Source: Candidatus Omnitrophota bacterium
GTDB lineage: Bacteria > Omnitrophota > Gorgyraeia > Zapsychrales > Fredricksoniimonadaceae
NCBI GenBank assembly: GCA_015233335.1
Contig: JADFXX010000001.1
Location: 6,302 to 70,301 of the forward strand
Direction: 5' to 3'
DNA length: 64,000 nt
Shown: positions 6,831 to 15,329 of the stretch, piece after piece
Numbering within the stretch: the stretch's first letter is position 1
How the letters are laid out: every line of letters starts with the position of its first letter
Translations under genes and position numbers: made by a program
The notes under the pieces: model-generated
What the model was told of the DNA's origin: nothing
Seen by the model: the letters and a program-made list of their open reading frames with translations, nothing else
The model's database searches: none

Positions 6831-8945
6831 TTACTCCTGGCGGCCTGACTCCTGGCCTAGCAATTTAATGAATCCCTGATCAATGGCATACCCTAAAGCC
6901 TTTGCTTTGTTCACATCCGCCCAGGCCTTATCATACTTTTTTACCTTAAAATAAGCAAAGCCCCGGTTGTTATAGCCTTCCGAAAACTTTGGATCGATCT
7001 CAATGGCTTTAGTAAAATCGGATATGGCCTGGACAAAATTGCCTTGTTTGCAATAGTCGATCCCTCGATTATCGTAAGCTTCGGAATAGTGAGGATTGAC
7101 CGCGATGGCTTTTGTATAATCGGTAATACCTTGGGACAGGTTGCCCTCATCATCATAAACATTGCCGCGGTTACTATAAGCCTGTGCGTTTTCAGGATCT
7201 AATTCAATGGCCTTGGTGTAGTCTAAAATGCTTTGATGAAAAATCTTTTGATAATAGAAAACTAGCCCCCTATTAAAGTAGGCCTGAGCATCCCTGGGAT
7301 TTATTTCAATAGCTTTGGTAAAATCAGCTATAGCCCGATACACATCGCCATGCCGGCCATAGATAGTTCCGCGATTATCATACGCCTCTGCATAGTCGGG
7401 ATTCTGTTCTATAGCTTTACTATAATCTGAAAGCGCTTGGATAACCTTGCCCTGCTGGTTATAAATTTTACCACGATTATAATAAGCCTCGGCATACTTG
7501 GGGTTGATTTCTATGGCTTTGTTGTAATCAAGCATGGCCTGAGTCAAATTGCCTTGCTTCTCGTAGGCATTGCCACGGTTGTTATACGGCCTTGCCTTAT
7601 GCGGAGATTTTCGGGCAGTGTCATCCCATAAAACAAAATCACTCATCCATACTTTATTTCTTTGATAAGTCAAAATTGAAAAGCCGATAAGAATGAATGC
7701 CGTGACCCAGTTTATCCGCCTTTGACTGCCCTGCCCCATATATATCAAGGTTGTTATCAAAAAAACAAAACCAACACTGGCTAAATACAAACGATACTCT
7801 GCGATGACATGACCGATTGGGATAAAACTCGATTCGACACTTAAAGCTATAAAAAACCAAAGAATGCTAAATGATATGATGCGGCATGTCTTGTAGGTGA
7901 CCGCTGCCAAGCCTAAAAGGCAGAGTAAAAATGCCCCGCACAGCGCCGTCTTGGGATCCAGCGCGTGAGATAAAGGATAATCATAATCCAGATTCTGATT
8001 GATAGGCAAAAATAACAGCCTGATATAGGTGCATACCACGTTTAATTCAGTTAGAAAATATTGCTTGCGGCCAATATCTGTGTGGGCCCTTGTGATATCC
8101 ATATGTTTGGACTGTGCTATATTAGCAACCCCTATCGCTTCCTTAGGGGTTTTCAATAATAATAAGGGAACTATAAGCGCTATGAAAAAAAACGGCAATA
8201 TCCGCCGGCAACGCTTCCACCTTGGTTCAGCCAACGCTTCAAGAAAATAAAAGTCCCACAGGACAAGCATCAGCGGCAATGTGACTACAAATTCTTTACA
8301 GAACATGGCGGCTATGGCAGATATCAGCGAACAAAGGTAATAAAATTTTATTGTGTCTTTGCGAGCGGTGTTTTTTACATTAGGGAAATCTTTTTTTAAA
8401 GAGATTGCTTCGTCGCTTCGCTCCTCGCAATGACGCTTTGATTTAACATAAAAAATCAACGATAACAGATAGAAAAAAGTCCCCATCAGCACAAAACGCT
8501 GGGTAATAAAATTGACCGGCTCTGTCTGGATTGGATGACACAAAAACAACATTGACGCAAAAAAGGAAGGCCACTCTAAACGGCCATGAAATATCTCTTT
8601 AGACTTCGCGTATAAAGACAACGTCGATTGAACCAGTAAATAAACCAGGAAAGCATTAAGACAATGTAATAGGAGATTGATTAACCTGAAGCCCTCAGGA
8701 TGTAAACCACAACACTTGTAATTTAAGGCAAAACTTAAACCCACTAAAAATCTGGTGTTAAAAGCCTTAAAAATCTTGGGAACATCGATGTTCTTAACAA
8801 CTTCGTTGGTTTCGATGGAAAAATGATCATCAAAAGAAAAGGTCGTACTTCGCAGGGGATAAAAATATAAGGCAAAACCGAATAGCAGTATTACACAAAA
8901 TATCGGTAAGTTAAAATTCTTGGCCTTATTCATTGTATTTATCAT
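6831..8945 (-). CDS. Polytopic GT-C-like (TMTC/PMT-like) membrane protein with a C-terminal TPR array
   Basis: About 10 hydrophobic segments are followed by ~8 canonical 34-aa TPR units (AEAYYNRGKIY.., AEAYDNRGTIY.., AQAYSNRGNVY..). I moved the start to MINTMNK (8945) because the ORF-track start at 9035 would overlap recN. The exact start is uncertain. Confidence 0.7.
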   Translation of the reverse strand: MINTMNKAKNFNLPIFCVILLFGFALYFYPLRSTTFSFDDHFSIETNEVVKNIDVPKIFKAFNTRFLVGLSFALNYKCCGLHPEGFRLINLLLHCLNAFLVYLLVQSTLSLYAKSKEIFHGRLEWPSFFASMLFLCHPIQTEPVNFITQRFVLMGTFFYLLSLIFYVKSKRHCEERSDEAISLKKDFPNVKNTARKDTIKFYYLCSLISAIAAMFCKEFVVTLPLMLVLWDFYFLEALAEPRWKRCRRILPFFFIALIVPLLLLKTPKEAIGVANIAQSKHMDITRAHTDIGRKQYFLTELNVVCTYIRLLFLPINQNLDYDYPLSHALDPKTALCGAFLLCLLGLAAVTYKTCRIISFSILWFFIALSVESSFIPIGHVIAEYRLYLASVGFVFLITTLIYMGQGSQRRINWVTAFILIGFSILTYQRNKVWMSDFVLWDDTARKSPHKARPYNNRGNAYEKQGNLTQAMLDYNKAIEINPKYAEAYYNRGKIYNQQGKVIQALSDYSKAIEQNPDYAEAYDNRGTIYGRHGDVYRAIADFTKAIEINPRDAQAYFNRGLVFYYQKIFHQSILDYTKAIELDPENAQAYSNRGNVYDDEGNLSQGITDYTKAIAVNPHYSEAYDNRGIDYCKQGNFVQAISDFTKAIEIDPKFSEGYNNRGFAYFKVKKYDKAWADVNKAKALGYAIDQGFIKLLGQESGRQE
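8355..8434. repeat. Dispersed repeat copy B with an extra inverted arm, embedded in-frame in the TMTC-like CDS
   Basis: Core AGATTGCTTCGTCGCTTCGCTCCTCGCAATGAC lies at 8402-8434. The upstream arm GTCTTTGCGAGCGG (8355-8368) is the near reverse complement of CGCTCCTCGCAATGAC. The element is translated as RHCEERSDEAISLKKDFPNVKNTARKD (aa 201-227 of the ORF-track protein). Confidence 0.7.
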
Positions 8946-9011
8946 GGCTCCTTTAGCCCTCAAAATCAATTTGTTTTTGCAAATTAAGAATATATTTGTT
9001 AACATTGGCTC

Positions 9012-10673
9012 ATGTTGTCCCAGCTGACCATCCAAAATTTCGGTCTGATTGACGAAGTTTCCATCGAATTTATAAAAAATTTCAACATACTTACCGGTGA
9101 AACCGGAGCCGGCAAATCTATTCTCATCGATGCCCTGCGCTCTGTTCTGGGTGAACGGCTGGACACCTCATCGATCCGCAACCCGAAAAACCCCTGTTTT
9201 ATCGAAGCTGTTTTTGAAATTACCGACAAGAAATTACACAACCTTGATATGGTCCGGGAATTTTTAAACTCGGACGAACATACTCTCATCATCCAACGGA
9301 CCCATACCGCAACGGGCACGAGCAAAATTAAAATCAACGGCCTGTCGGTGACGGTCGGACAGTTAAAAAACCTTGGGAATCATCTTATAGATTTTCACGG
9401 GCCACATGACCATCAGATGCTTTTATCCGAAAATCATCACTTAGGGATGTTAGATAGCTTAGTCGATTTTAAAGACACAAAAAAGGAATATGCCAAAGCC
9501 TTTGGTGTTTATGAGCACACTCTTAAAAAGCTCAAAGAACTAAACGACATCGCCCAAACCCGCCAACGGGACCTTGATTTATTGAGCCATCAGGTCAAAG
9601 AACTGGAGGCCTTGCCCCTTGACGATCACCAATATAATGAGCTTTTACAGGAACAGATCAAGCTTAATAATGCCCAAAAACTTAACGAGCATATTCAAAG
9701 TTTGCTTGAAATGTTAGACGACGAGGACAGCGGGGCCAACACTTTGTTGCGCCGTGCCTTCGCCCCCTTGAAATCCCTGACCCAGATCGATGAAAAATCA
9801 TCCGCCCTTCTTGATTCGTTATCCGTCATTCAGGAACAGACTAATGAGCTGATCAGCCAGCTTAATGATTATGCCGTAAGTTTGAATTTCGACGGTCATC
9901 GGGCACAAACTATCCACGAACAATGTGACGCCTACGAAGATATCAAACGCAAATACGGCCCTTCCCTTGAGGATGCCAAAAACTTTTTGACCCAGGCCCA
10001 AGCCAAACTTGATCTCATTAAAAACTTTGAACATAATGAAGAGCGCCTCCATGAAGAAATCAAAGCCCATGAAAAAGAGTTGACCCTAATTGCCCAGAAA
10101 ATGAGCCGTGCCCGTCAAAAGACCGCCCTTGATCTGAAAAACACCATTGAAAAGGAATTAAAAGAACTGGGCATACTTCATGTCAAATTTGAGGTTCGTT
10201 TTGAAAAGGTTCCTTTTAACTGCGACGGGCATGATAAAATTGTTTTCTATATAAGCCCTAATGCCGGCGAAGATTTAAAACCTTTAGCCCAAATCGTCTC
10301 CTCCGGCGAAGCCGCACGCTTGATGCTGGCCCTTAAAAAGGCCCTGATCAAGGTCGATCCTATACCGGTACTGATATTCGATGAGATCGATGCCCAGATC
10401 GGCGGACGCTTGGGGACTATTACCGGCAAAAAACTAAAAGAACTATCTCTCTGCCGCCAGGTCATCCTCATCACCCACCTGCCCCAGATCGCTTCATTTG
10501 CCGACCGGCATCTTAAGGTGATCAAGTCCGTTAAAGCCGGACGTACGATCACGCAAGTGCTATTGCTGGAAGATCAAAAACGCGTCGAAGAGATCGCCCA
10601 AATGATGAGCGGTACCAACGCCACCAAAATCGCCCTCTCCCATGCGCAGGATATGCTGGCGCAAGCTAAATAG
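9012..10673 (+). CDS. recN: DNA repair protein RecN
   Basis: MLSQLTIQNFGLI.. N-terminus. Walker A GETGAGKS. Long coiled-coil middle. C-terminal SGGEA signature and Walker B LIFDEIDAQIGG. Confidence 0.92.
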   Translation: MLSQLTIQNFGLIDEVSIEFIKNFNILTGETGAGKSILIDALRSVLGERLDTSSIRNPKNPCFIEAVFEITDKKLHNLDMVREFLNSDEHTLIIQRTHTATGTSKIKINGLSVTVGQLKNLGNHLIDFHGPHDHQMLLSENHHLGMLDSLVDFKDTKKEYAKAFGVYEHTLKKLKELNDIAQTRQRDLDLLSHQVKELEALPLDDHQYNELLQEQIKLNNAQKLNEHIQSLLEMLDDEDSGANTLLRRAFAPLKSLTQIDEKSSALLDSLSVIQEQTNELISQLNDYAVSLNFDGHRAQTIHEQCDAYEDIKRKYGPSLEDAKNFLTQAQAKLDLIKNFEHNEERLHEEIKAHEKELTLIAQKMSRARQKTALDLKNTIEKELKELGILHVKFEVRFEKVPFNCDGHDKIVFYISPNAGEDLKPLAQIVSSGEAARLMLALKKALIKVDPIPVLIFDEIDAQIGGRLGTITGKKLKELSLCRQVILITHLPQIASFADRHLKVIKSVKAGRTITQVLLLEDQKRVEEIAQMMSGTNATKIALSHAQDMLAQAK

Positions 10674-10681
10674 CTGCTATG

Positions 10682-10823
10682 CAGCGGGTGTCCTTAGCCT
10701 CAACATTAAGGTGCTCCTCTGACGGGGGCTCCCCTAACGGCAGCCTCAACGGTGGTTTCACCCAACCGACCACTTGGGCAGGTGCCGTGCGCGCCTTAAT
10801 ATTGAGGCTAAAGACACCCGCTG
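10682..10823. repeat. 142-nt element closed by 33-nt imperfect inverted repeats (candidate structured RNA, MITE or recN terminator)
   Basis: Arm 10682-10714 pairs with arm 10791-10823, giving 30 Watson-Crick pairs, 1 G-U and 2 C-A mismatches. The element starts 9 nt after the recN stop. An internal GGGG-GCT-CCCC hairpin is present and AGCCTCAAC occurs twice. Confidence 0.6.
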
Positions 10824-11137
10824 ATCCACATTTTTACAGTTAAAAGTAGTGTCTTTCCCTACTTTTTATCTTTATTTAGAACATTTTTGCTGTAAAGCCT
10901 CGCAGACTTTTGACGAAAAATTCCTGAATGTGCCGAATACATAATAGCTGTACATCTTTTGCCATCCTTAACATAGTCTTAGAATTGCGGCGGGTGGCTC
11001 AGAATTGCTGTTACGGGGCGGACGGTGACTGCTCAAAAGTCTAATTAAGGGAAACCCCCATCCTATACTGCTTTAACATACGCGGTTCAATTAGGAGCAC
11101 CTTAATAACAACTCCGAGACAGGGCCCGCATACTTAA

Positions 11138-11170
11138 AGATTGCTTCGAAGCTTCGCTTCTCGCAATGAC
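11138..11170. repeat. Short dispersed repeat, copy C
   Basis: AGATTGCTTCGAAGCTTCGCTTCTCGCAATGAC has the same core as copies A and B. It is intergenic, upstream of pfp. Confidence 0.7.
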
Positions 11171-11200
11171 ACCCTCATTTAAATATTCATACATTCACAA

Positions 11201-11229
11201 TTGATTTAGCCTTTTATTTATGATAATTT
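11201..11229 (+). promoter_or_regulatory. Candidate promoter of the pfp-DUF2079-UbiA operon
   Basis: TTGATT (11201-11206), 17-nt spacer ending in TGA, TAATTT (11224-11229). AAAGGA RBS lies upstream of the ATG at 11267. Confidence 0.3.
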
Positions 11230-11266
11230 AAGACTTTACTAAAGCTTTTTTAAGAAAGGACCTCAC

Positions 11267-12472
11267 ATGGAACGTATTGGCATTATTACTTCTGGCGGTG
11301 ATTGCGGCGGGCTTAACGGCGTTATTAAAGGCGCTGCCTGTATGAGCCATGCCTATGGCGCCACTTGTTTTATTATTCCCAGCGGCTATGCCGGATTATA
11401 TAACTTAGTCGAATTTGACAAGCTTACAGAACTGACCCCCCAGCGTCTGGATCGAATTGTCGCCAACCTGGCTGGCTCCGAGGCCGGCCATTCACGCGTC
11501 AAGATCAAAAAAATCGATGACGCAGACAAATATCAGCGTATCAAAAAAGGCATGGAAAAATTCAAACTGGACGGCCTTATCATATCCGGCGGAGATGATT
11601 CAGGCAGTGTATTAGTTGATCTGACCGAACAAGGTATCAAATGCGTCCATGTCCCTAAAACCATGGACATGGACCTGCAAACATACTCTGTAGGCGCTGA
11701 TTCTACAATCAACCGTATCGCGGCTTTTCTGGAAGACCTTAAAACTACCGCTACCACCCACCGGCGTATACTGACCATGGAAGTGTTCGGCCGTTACGTC
11801 GGACATACGGCCTTCCGGGCCGGGATTGCCGCTGATGCGGACGCCATTATTATCCCTGAGATTCCCTGTGATTTTGATATTCTTTATCAACACATGAAAG
11901 AACGCTACTTTACGCGTATCATGAATTCTGACGTTCGGGCAGGTACCTATTTAATTGTGGTCGCGGAAGGTATCAAAAATGCCTCCGGCTCTGAAATCGT
12001 CGATGAAAACGCTCCTTTAGATGCCTTTGGCCATAAGCGTCTGGCCGGGGCCGGTAATTATGTCTGTCAGGAATTAACTAAACGCTTAAAAAACGATCCA
12101 CAAACTCCTGCTTTAATGAAAAAAACCGGTATGTTCGTCAAAGGTCTTAACGAAATTCCCGAAGTCCGTGCGGTAGCTCCCGGTCACTTGGTGCGCTGCG
12201 GACACTCCAGCGCCTATGACGTCAACTTCGGCAAAGAAGCCGGCGCCGCCGGTTTTATTCTCCTCAATCAGGGAATTTCCGGGGTGACTGTTTCAGGTAT
12301 CAGCAATGGTACAATCCGTTATGTGGAAACTAAAGAAGCCATCAAACAGCGTTTGGTTGACACCAACCAAGTGGCCATTTATGAAGCAATGGGCACCTGC
12401 TTCGGCCGTGTTGCCCAAAAACTCCACACCAAAGCGGAAAAATTAGCCGGAACCATTGAGCGGCACTGGTAA
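11267..12472 (+). CDS. pfp: 6-phosphofructokinase, probably pyrophosphate-dependent
   Basis: PFK family N-terminus RIGIITSGGDCGGLNGVIKG. The motifs are GGDDS (Asp where ATP-PFKs have Gly) and PKTMDMD (Lys where ATP-PFKs have Gly). These two residues are the classical PPi-PFK discriminators. Confidence 0.8.
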   Translation: MERIGIITSGGDCGGLNGVIKGAACMSHAYGATCFIIPSGYAGLYNLVEFDKLTELTPQRLDRIVANLAGSEAGHSRVKIKKIDDADKYQRIKKGMEKFKLDGLIISGGDDSGSVLVDLTEQGIKCVHVPKTMDMDLQTYSVGADSTINRIAAFLEDLKTTATTHRRILTMEVFGRYVGHTAFRAGIAADADAIIIPEIPCDFDILYQHMKERYFTRIMNSDVRAGTYLIVVAEGIKNASGSEIVDENAPLDAFGHKRLAGAGNYVCQELTKRLKNDPQTPALMKKTGMFVKGLNEIPEVRAVAPGHLVRCGHSSAYDVNFGKEAGAAGFILLNQGISGVTVSGISNGTIRYVETKEAIKQRLVDTNQVAIYEAMGTCFGRVAQKLHTKAEKLAGTIERHW

Positions 12473-12474
12473 GA

Positions 12475-13896
12475 ATGAAATTATCACGCCTCGTCTGCAT
12501 CCTTGGCTTTTGCTTTTGGAGCAATGCTCTTACCCTAAAATATTATTTTTTTGGCTTTTATGATTGGGACTTTGCCCTCTATAGCCAGGCCATGTGGGGA
12601 CTGTGTCACGGCACAAGTAATGTCTCTTTATTCGGCACGAGTTTTCTCGCGGATCATGCCCATTTTATAGCTTTTTTGATCACGCCTGTCTATTTCGTTT
12701 TTCGCCACCCCCTGACCCTGATTTATTTAGAGGTCTTTTCCTTTTTTGCAGGCGCTTACATTTTATTCCTTTTAGCTAAAAAATTGACTTCGGAAAATAT
12801 TGCTTTTGGATTAATGGTGATCTACATCCTTCATCCTGCCAATATTTTCATGTTGATGTACGAATTTCATTTTGAAAGTTTGGCCATCGGTCTTATTTTC
12901 TTGCTTTTTTACTTTCATTATCTTAAAAATTATAAAGCTTTTATGATAACCGCTTTGATCTTGATGCTGATTAAAGAGAATATGCCCGTAATCGTTTTTA
13001 TGTTAGGAGTCCATGGACTCCTATTAAGGCCCGGTGAACGGATCAAATGGGGACTTGTCCCCCTGGTTTTGGGATTGGGTATGTTTATTTTGACCATGTT
13101 TATCATTATGCCCATGGTCCGTCACAGTTTCTCATCGCATCAGAATATTTATTGGGGGCTGTATCACTCCTTTGGCGATACTCCAAGCGACATCCTTAAA
13201 ACCTTAATTTTTAACCCCAAATTATTGATCAAAGTATTGGCTACTTGGCAAAATCTGTACTTTATGAGAGATGTCTTGGGAGGCTTTTCCTTTGGCGCTT
13301 TTTTTAGCCCCTCTATTTTGTTCGTGGGAGCACCGCTTTTCTTGCAAAATCTCCTCTCCAATGCGGCCGGCCAACATAAAATTTACTTTCATTATGCGGC
13401 AACCCTGATACCCTTTGCGGCAATTTCAGCCGCTTATGGTTTTGCCTTCTTGAAAAAAAGATATCAGCCATGGCTCTGCACTTTGTTACTGTTGACCTGT
13501 TTATTTGCGGCAGGTGATAGTTTTATCAATAATCTTCCCATTATGCGCATAAAAGCCAATCTCTGCATTGATCATAACGCCTATATCCGCCAGGCCCTGA
13601 TCGATAAAATTCCGCCGGATGCAGGGGTGGTGGCAAGCTTCAGATTTTTAAGCCACTTAACTCGGCATCACGATTTGTATGCCTTGTATAATGTCTGGAG
13701 AGATATCAACTATTTTACCGGACAGGTTCCGCGCATACCTTCAGAGGTCCATTACGCACTTGTTGATTTTTATGATCCATGGTTACGGACTGACACAAAA
13801 GACCACTTAGTGGTCGTCCAAATTAAAGACTTTCTGGCCAGCGGCGGCTGGAAAGCCAAATACACAGGATCAGGCATTACACTGTTTGAACGTTAA
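12475..13896 (+). CDS. DUF2079-family polytopic membrane protein (GT-C-like), paralogue 1
   Basis: N-terminal YDWDFALYSQAMWGLCHG..FLADHAHFIAFLITPVY pattern, ~11 TM segments, and a C-terminal soluble tail YALVDFYDPWL..GWKAKY..LFER shared with paralogue 2. It starts 2 nt after the pfp stop. Confidence 0.7.
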   Translation: MKLSRLVCILGFCFWSNALTLKYYFFGFYDWDFALYSQAMWGLCHGTSNVSLFGTSFLADHAHFIAFLITPVYFVFRHPLTLIYLEVFSFFAGAYILFLLAKKLTSENIAFGLMVIYILHPANIFMLMYEFHFESLAIGLIFLLFYFHYLKNYKAFMITALILMLIKENMPVIVFMLGVHGLLLRPGERIKWGLVPLVLGLGMFILTMFIIMPMVRHSFSSHQNIYWGLYHSFGDTPSDILKTLIFNPKLLIKVLATWQNLYFMRDVLGGFSFGAFFSPSILFVGAPLFLQNLLSNAAGQHKIYFHYAATLIPFAAISAAYGFAFLKKRYQPWLCTLLLLTCLFAAGDSFINNLPIMRIKANLCIDHNAYIRQALIDKIPPDAGVVASFRFLSHLTRHHDLYALYNVWRDINYFTGQVPRIPSEVHYALVDFYDPWLRTDTKDHLVVVQIKDFLASGGWKAKYTGSGITLFER

Positions 13897-13917
13897 ATTC
13901 CAGCGATCAGAGGGCTC

Positions 13918-15318
13918 TTGGCTAAAATCATCTGCTTCATAGGATTCTTTTTTTACTTAGGACTCTTGCTTTACAAATATTACAGCTTAGGGTACTCTGA
14001 CTGGGATCTTGCCTTTTTCTCCCAGGCTATGTGGAACTTATGCCATGGCCATACTTATGTTTCTTTGTTTGAGATAAATTTCTTCTCCAATCACGCCAAC
14101 TTGATTGCTCTCCTTCTTGTCCCTTTCTACAAAATCTTCCCTCACCCCGTTACATTGTTAACCTTAAAACTGGCCTCTTTTAGCGTGGCCTCCTATATCC
14201 TTTACCTGTTAACCAAAGAAAAACTGGGTCAAAAATCGGCCCTTATTGTTCTATGCCTCTATTGGCTATGCCCTGCCAATATTTATAGCATTTCTTATGA
14301 GTTTGATTTTGAAAATTTAGCACCTGCGTTTATTATGCTTACCTTTTATTACTATTCTAAGAACCGGTGGATGCCTTTTTTAATTAGCAGTATTTTCTTA
14401 ATCATTATTAAAGAAAATATGCCCTTAATTATTGTCGCGTTCGGCATTCACGGCTGGCTGACCAAATCAGATAAAATCCGCTGGGGACTAGTCCCGACGA
14501 TCTTGGGAGCTGTCCTTTTTTATGGCTTGGCTTTTATTTTTGTCCCTTTGATGGGTGGACATAGCTTGGGACAACATCCTTATAGCGCACATTATTCCGA
14601 ATTAAATGCAGGTCTTTGGACACATCCTCTGGACTCTCTAAGAAATATTTTGACCAAAGAACGCCTGCAATGGATCTTCCATTTATTCCAACCGCTCTTT
14701 TTATCATTATTTTCACCTTCCATCTTATTTTTAGGATTACCGATTATCCTGCAACATTTTTTATCCAGCTCATGGCAGGAGCACACCCTTCGTTATGGCT
14801 ATATGCTGAGTATTATGCCGTTTATTTTTCTCGCCTTTACAGCAACCCTTGACAACTTCAAAAGAAGATATTCCCCAGGCAAATCTTTCTTAATTCTTTT
14901 GGTTTTTTTTGTTGTGAACCTTGCTGCCCTTGCCTACCAGTTTAATTATATTAAATTCAGATATATGGAATCTAAACATCCTGCAACAGCCCCATGTGCC
15001 TGGCAATTATTAAAAAAAGTCCCCCCACAATCTTCTGTGGTCGCGACTTTCAGGTTTCTACCTGAACTCTCCCGAAGACCTGAACTGTATTCTTTTCATA
15101 AAATATATGATCCTGCCTATCAAAGTGAAACGTATTCCTATAGCCTTCCCCAAAATGTTAATTATGCCCTGATCGATTTTAATGACCCTTGGCTATTGGG
15201 AAATTTGGATGAGCATAAACAATTTGTAAGCATGAAGATCAGAAATTTCTTGGCCCAAGGACCATGGAAAGCTAAATACGCCGCTGCCGGAATTGTGCTC
15301 TATGAACGACAGAAATAG
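13918..15318 (+). CDS. DUF2079-family polytopic membrane protein, paralogue 2 (tandem duplicate)
   Basis: Collinear similarity to 12475-13896 along its whole length (SDWDLAFFSQAMWNLCHG.., IKENMPLI.., YALIDFNDPWL..PWKAKY..LYER). Apparent TTG start. Confidence 0.7.
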   Translation: MAKIICFIGFFFYLGLLLYKYYSLGYSDWDLAFFSQAMWNLCHGHTYVSLFEINFFSNHANLIALLLVPFYKIFPHPVTLLTLKLASFSVASYILYLLTKEKLGQKSALIVLCLYWLCPANIYSISYEFDFENLAPAFIMLTFYYYSKNRWMPFLISSIFLIIIKENMPLIIVAFGIHGWLTKSDKIRWGLVPTILGAVLFYGLAFIFVPLMGGHSLGQHPYSAHYSELNAGLWTHPLDSLRNILTKERLQWIFHLFQPLFLSLFSPSILFLGLPIILQHFLSSSWQEHTLRYGYMLSIMPFIFLAFTATLDNFKRRYSPGKSFLILLVFFVVNLAALAYQFNYIKFRYMESKHPATAPCAWQLLKKVPPQSSVVATFRFLPELSRRPELYSFHKIYDPAYQSETYSYSLPQNVNYALIDFNDPWLLGNLDEHKQFVSMKIRNFLAQGPWKAKYAAAGIVLYERQK

Positions 15319-15329
15319 GAGAAAACAGC

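Noticed and set aside
10682-10823. The possibility that the long hairpin element is SRP RNA, 6S RNA, tmRNA, RNase P RNA or a retron msr/msd.
   Set aside because: It lacks the conserved SRP helix-8 sequence (GGAAGCAGC with a GNRA loop), the RNase P GAGGAAAGUCC box and any tmRNA tag ORF. No reverse transcriptase gene is nearby. A 6S-like symmetric central bubble is not evident. It is left unclassified.
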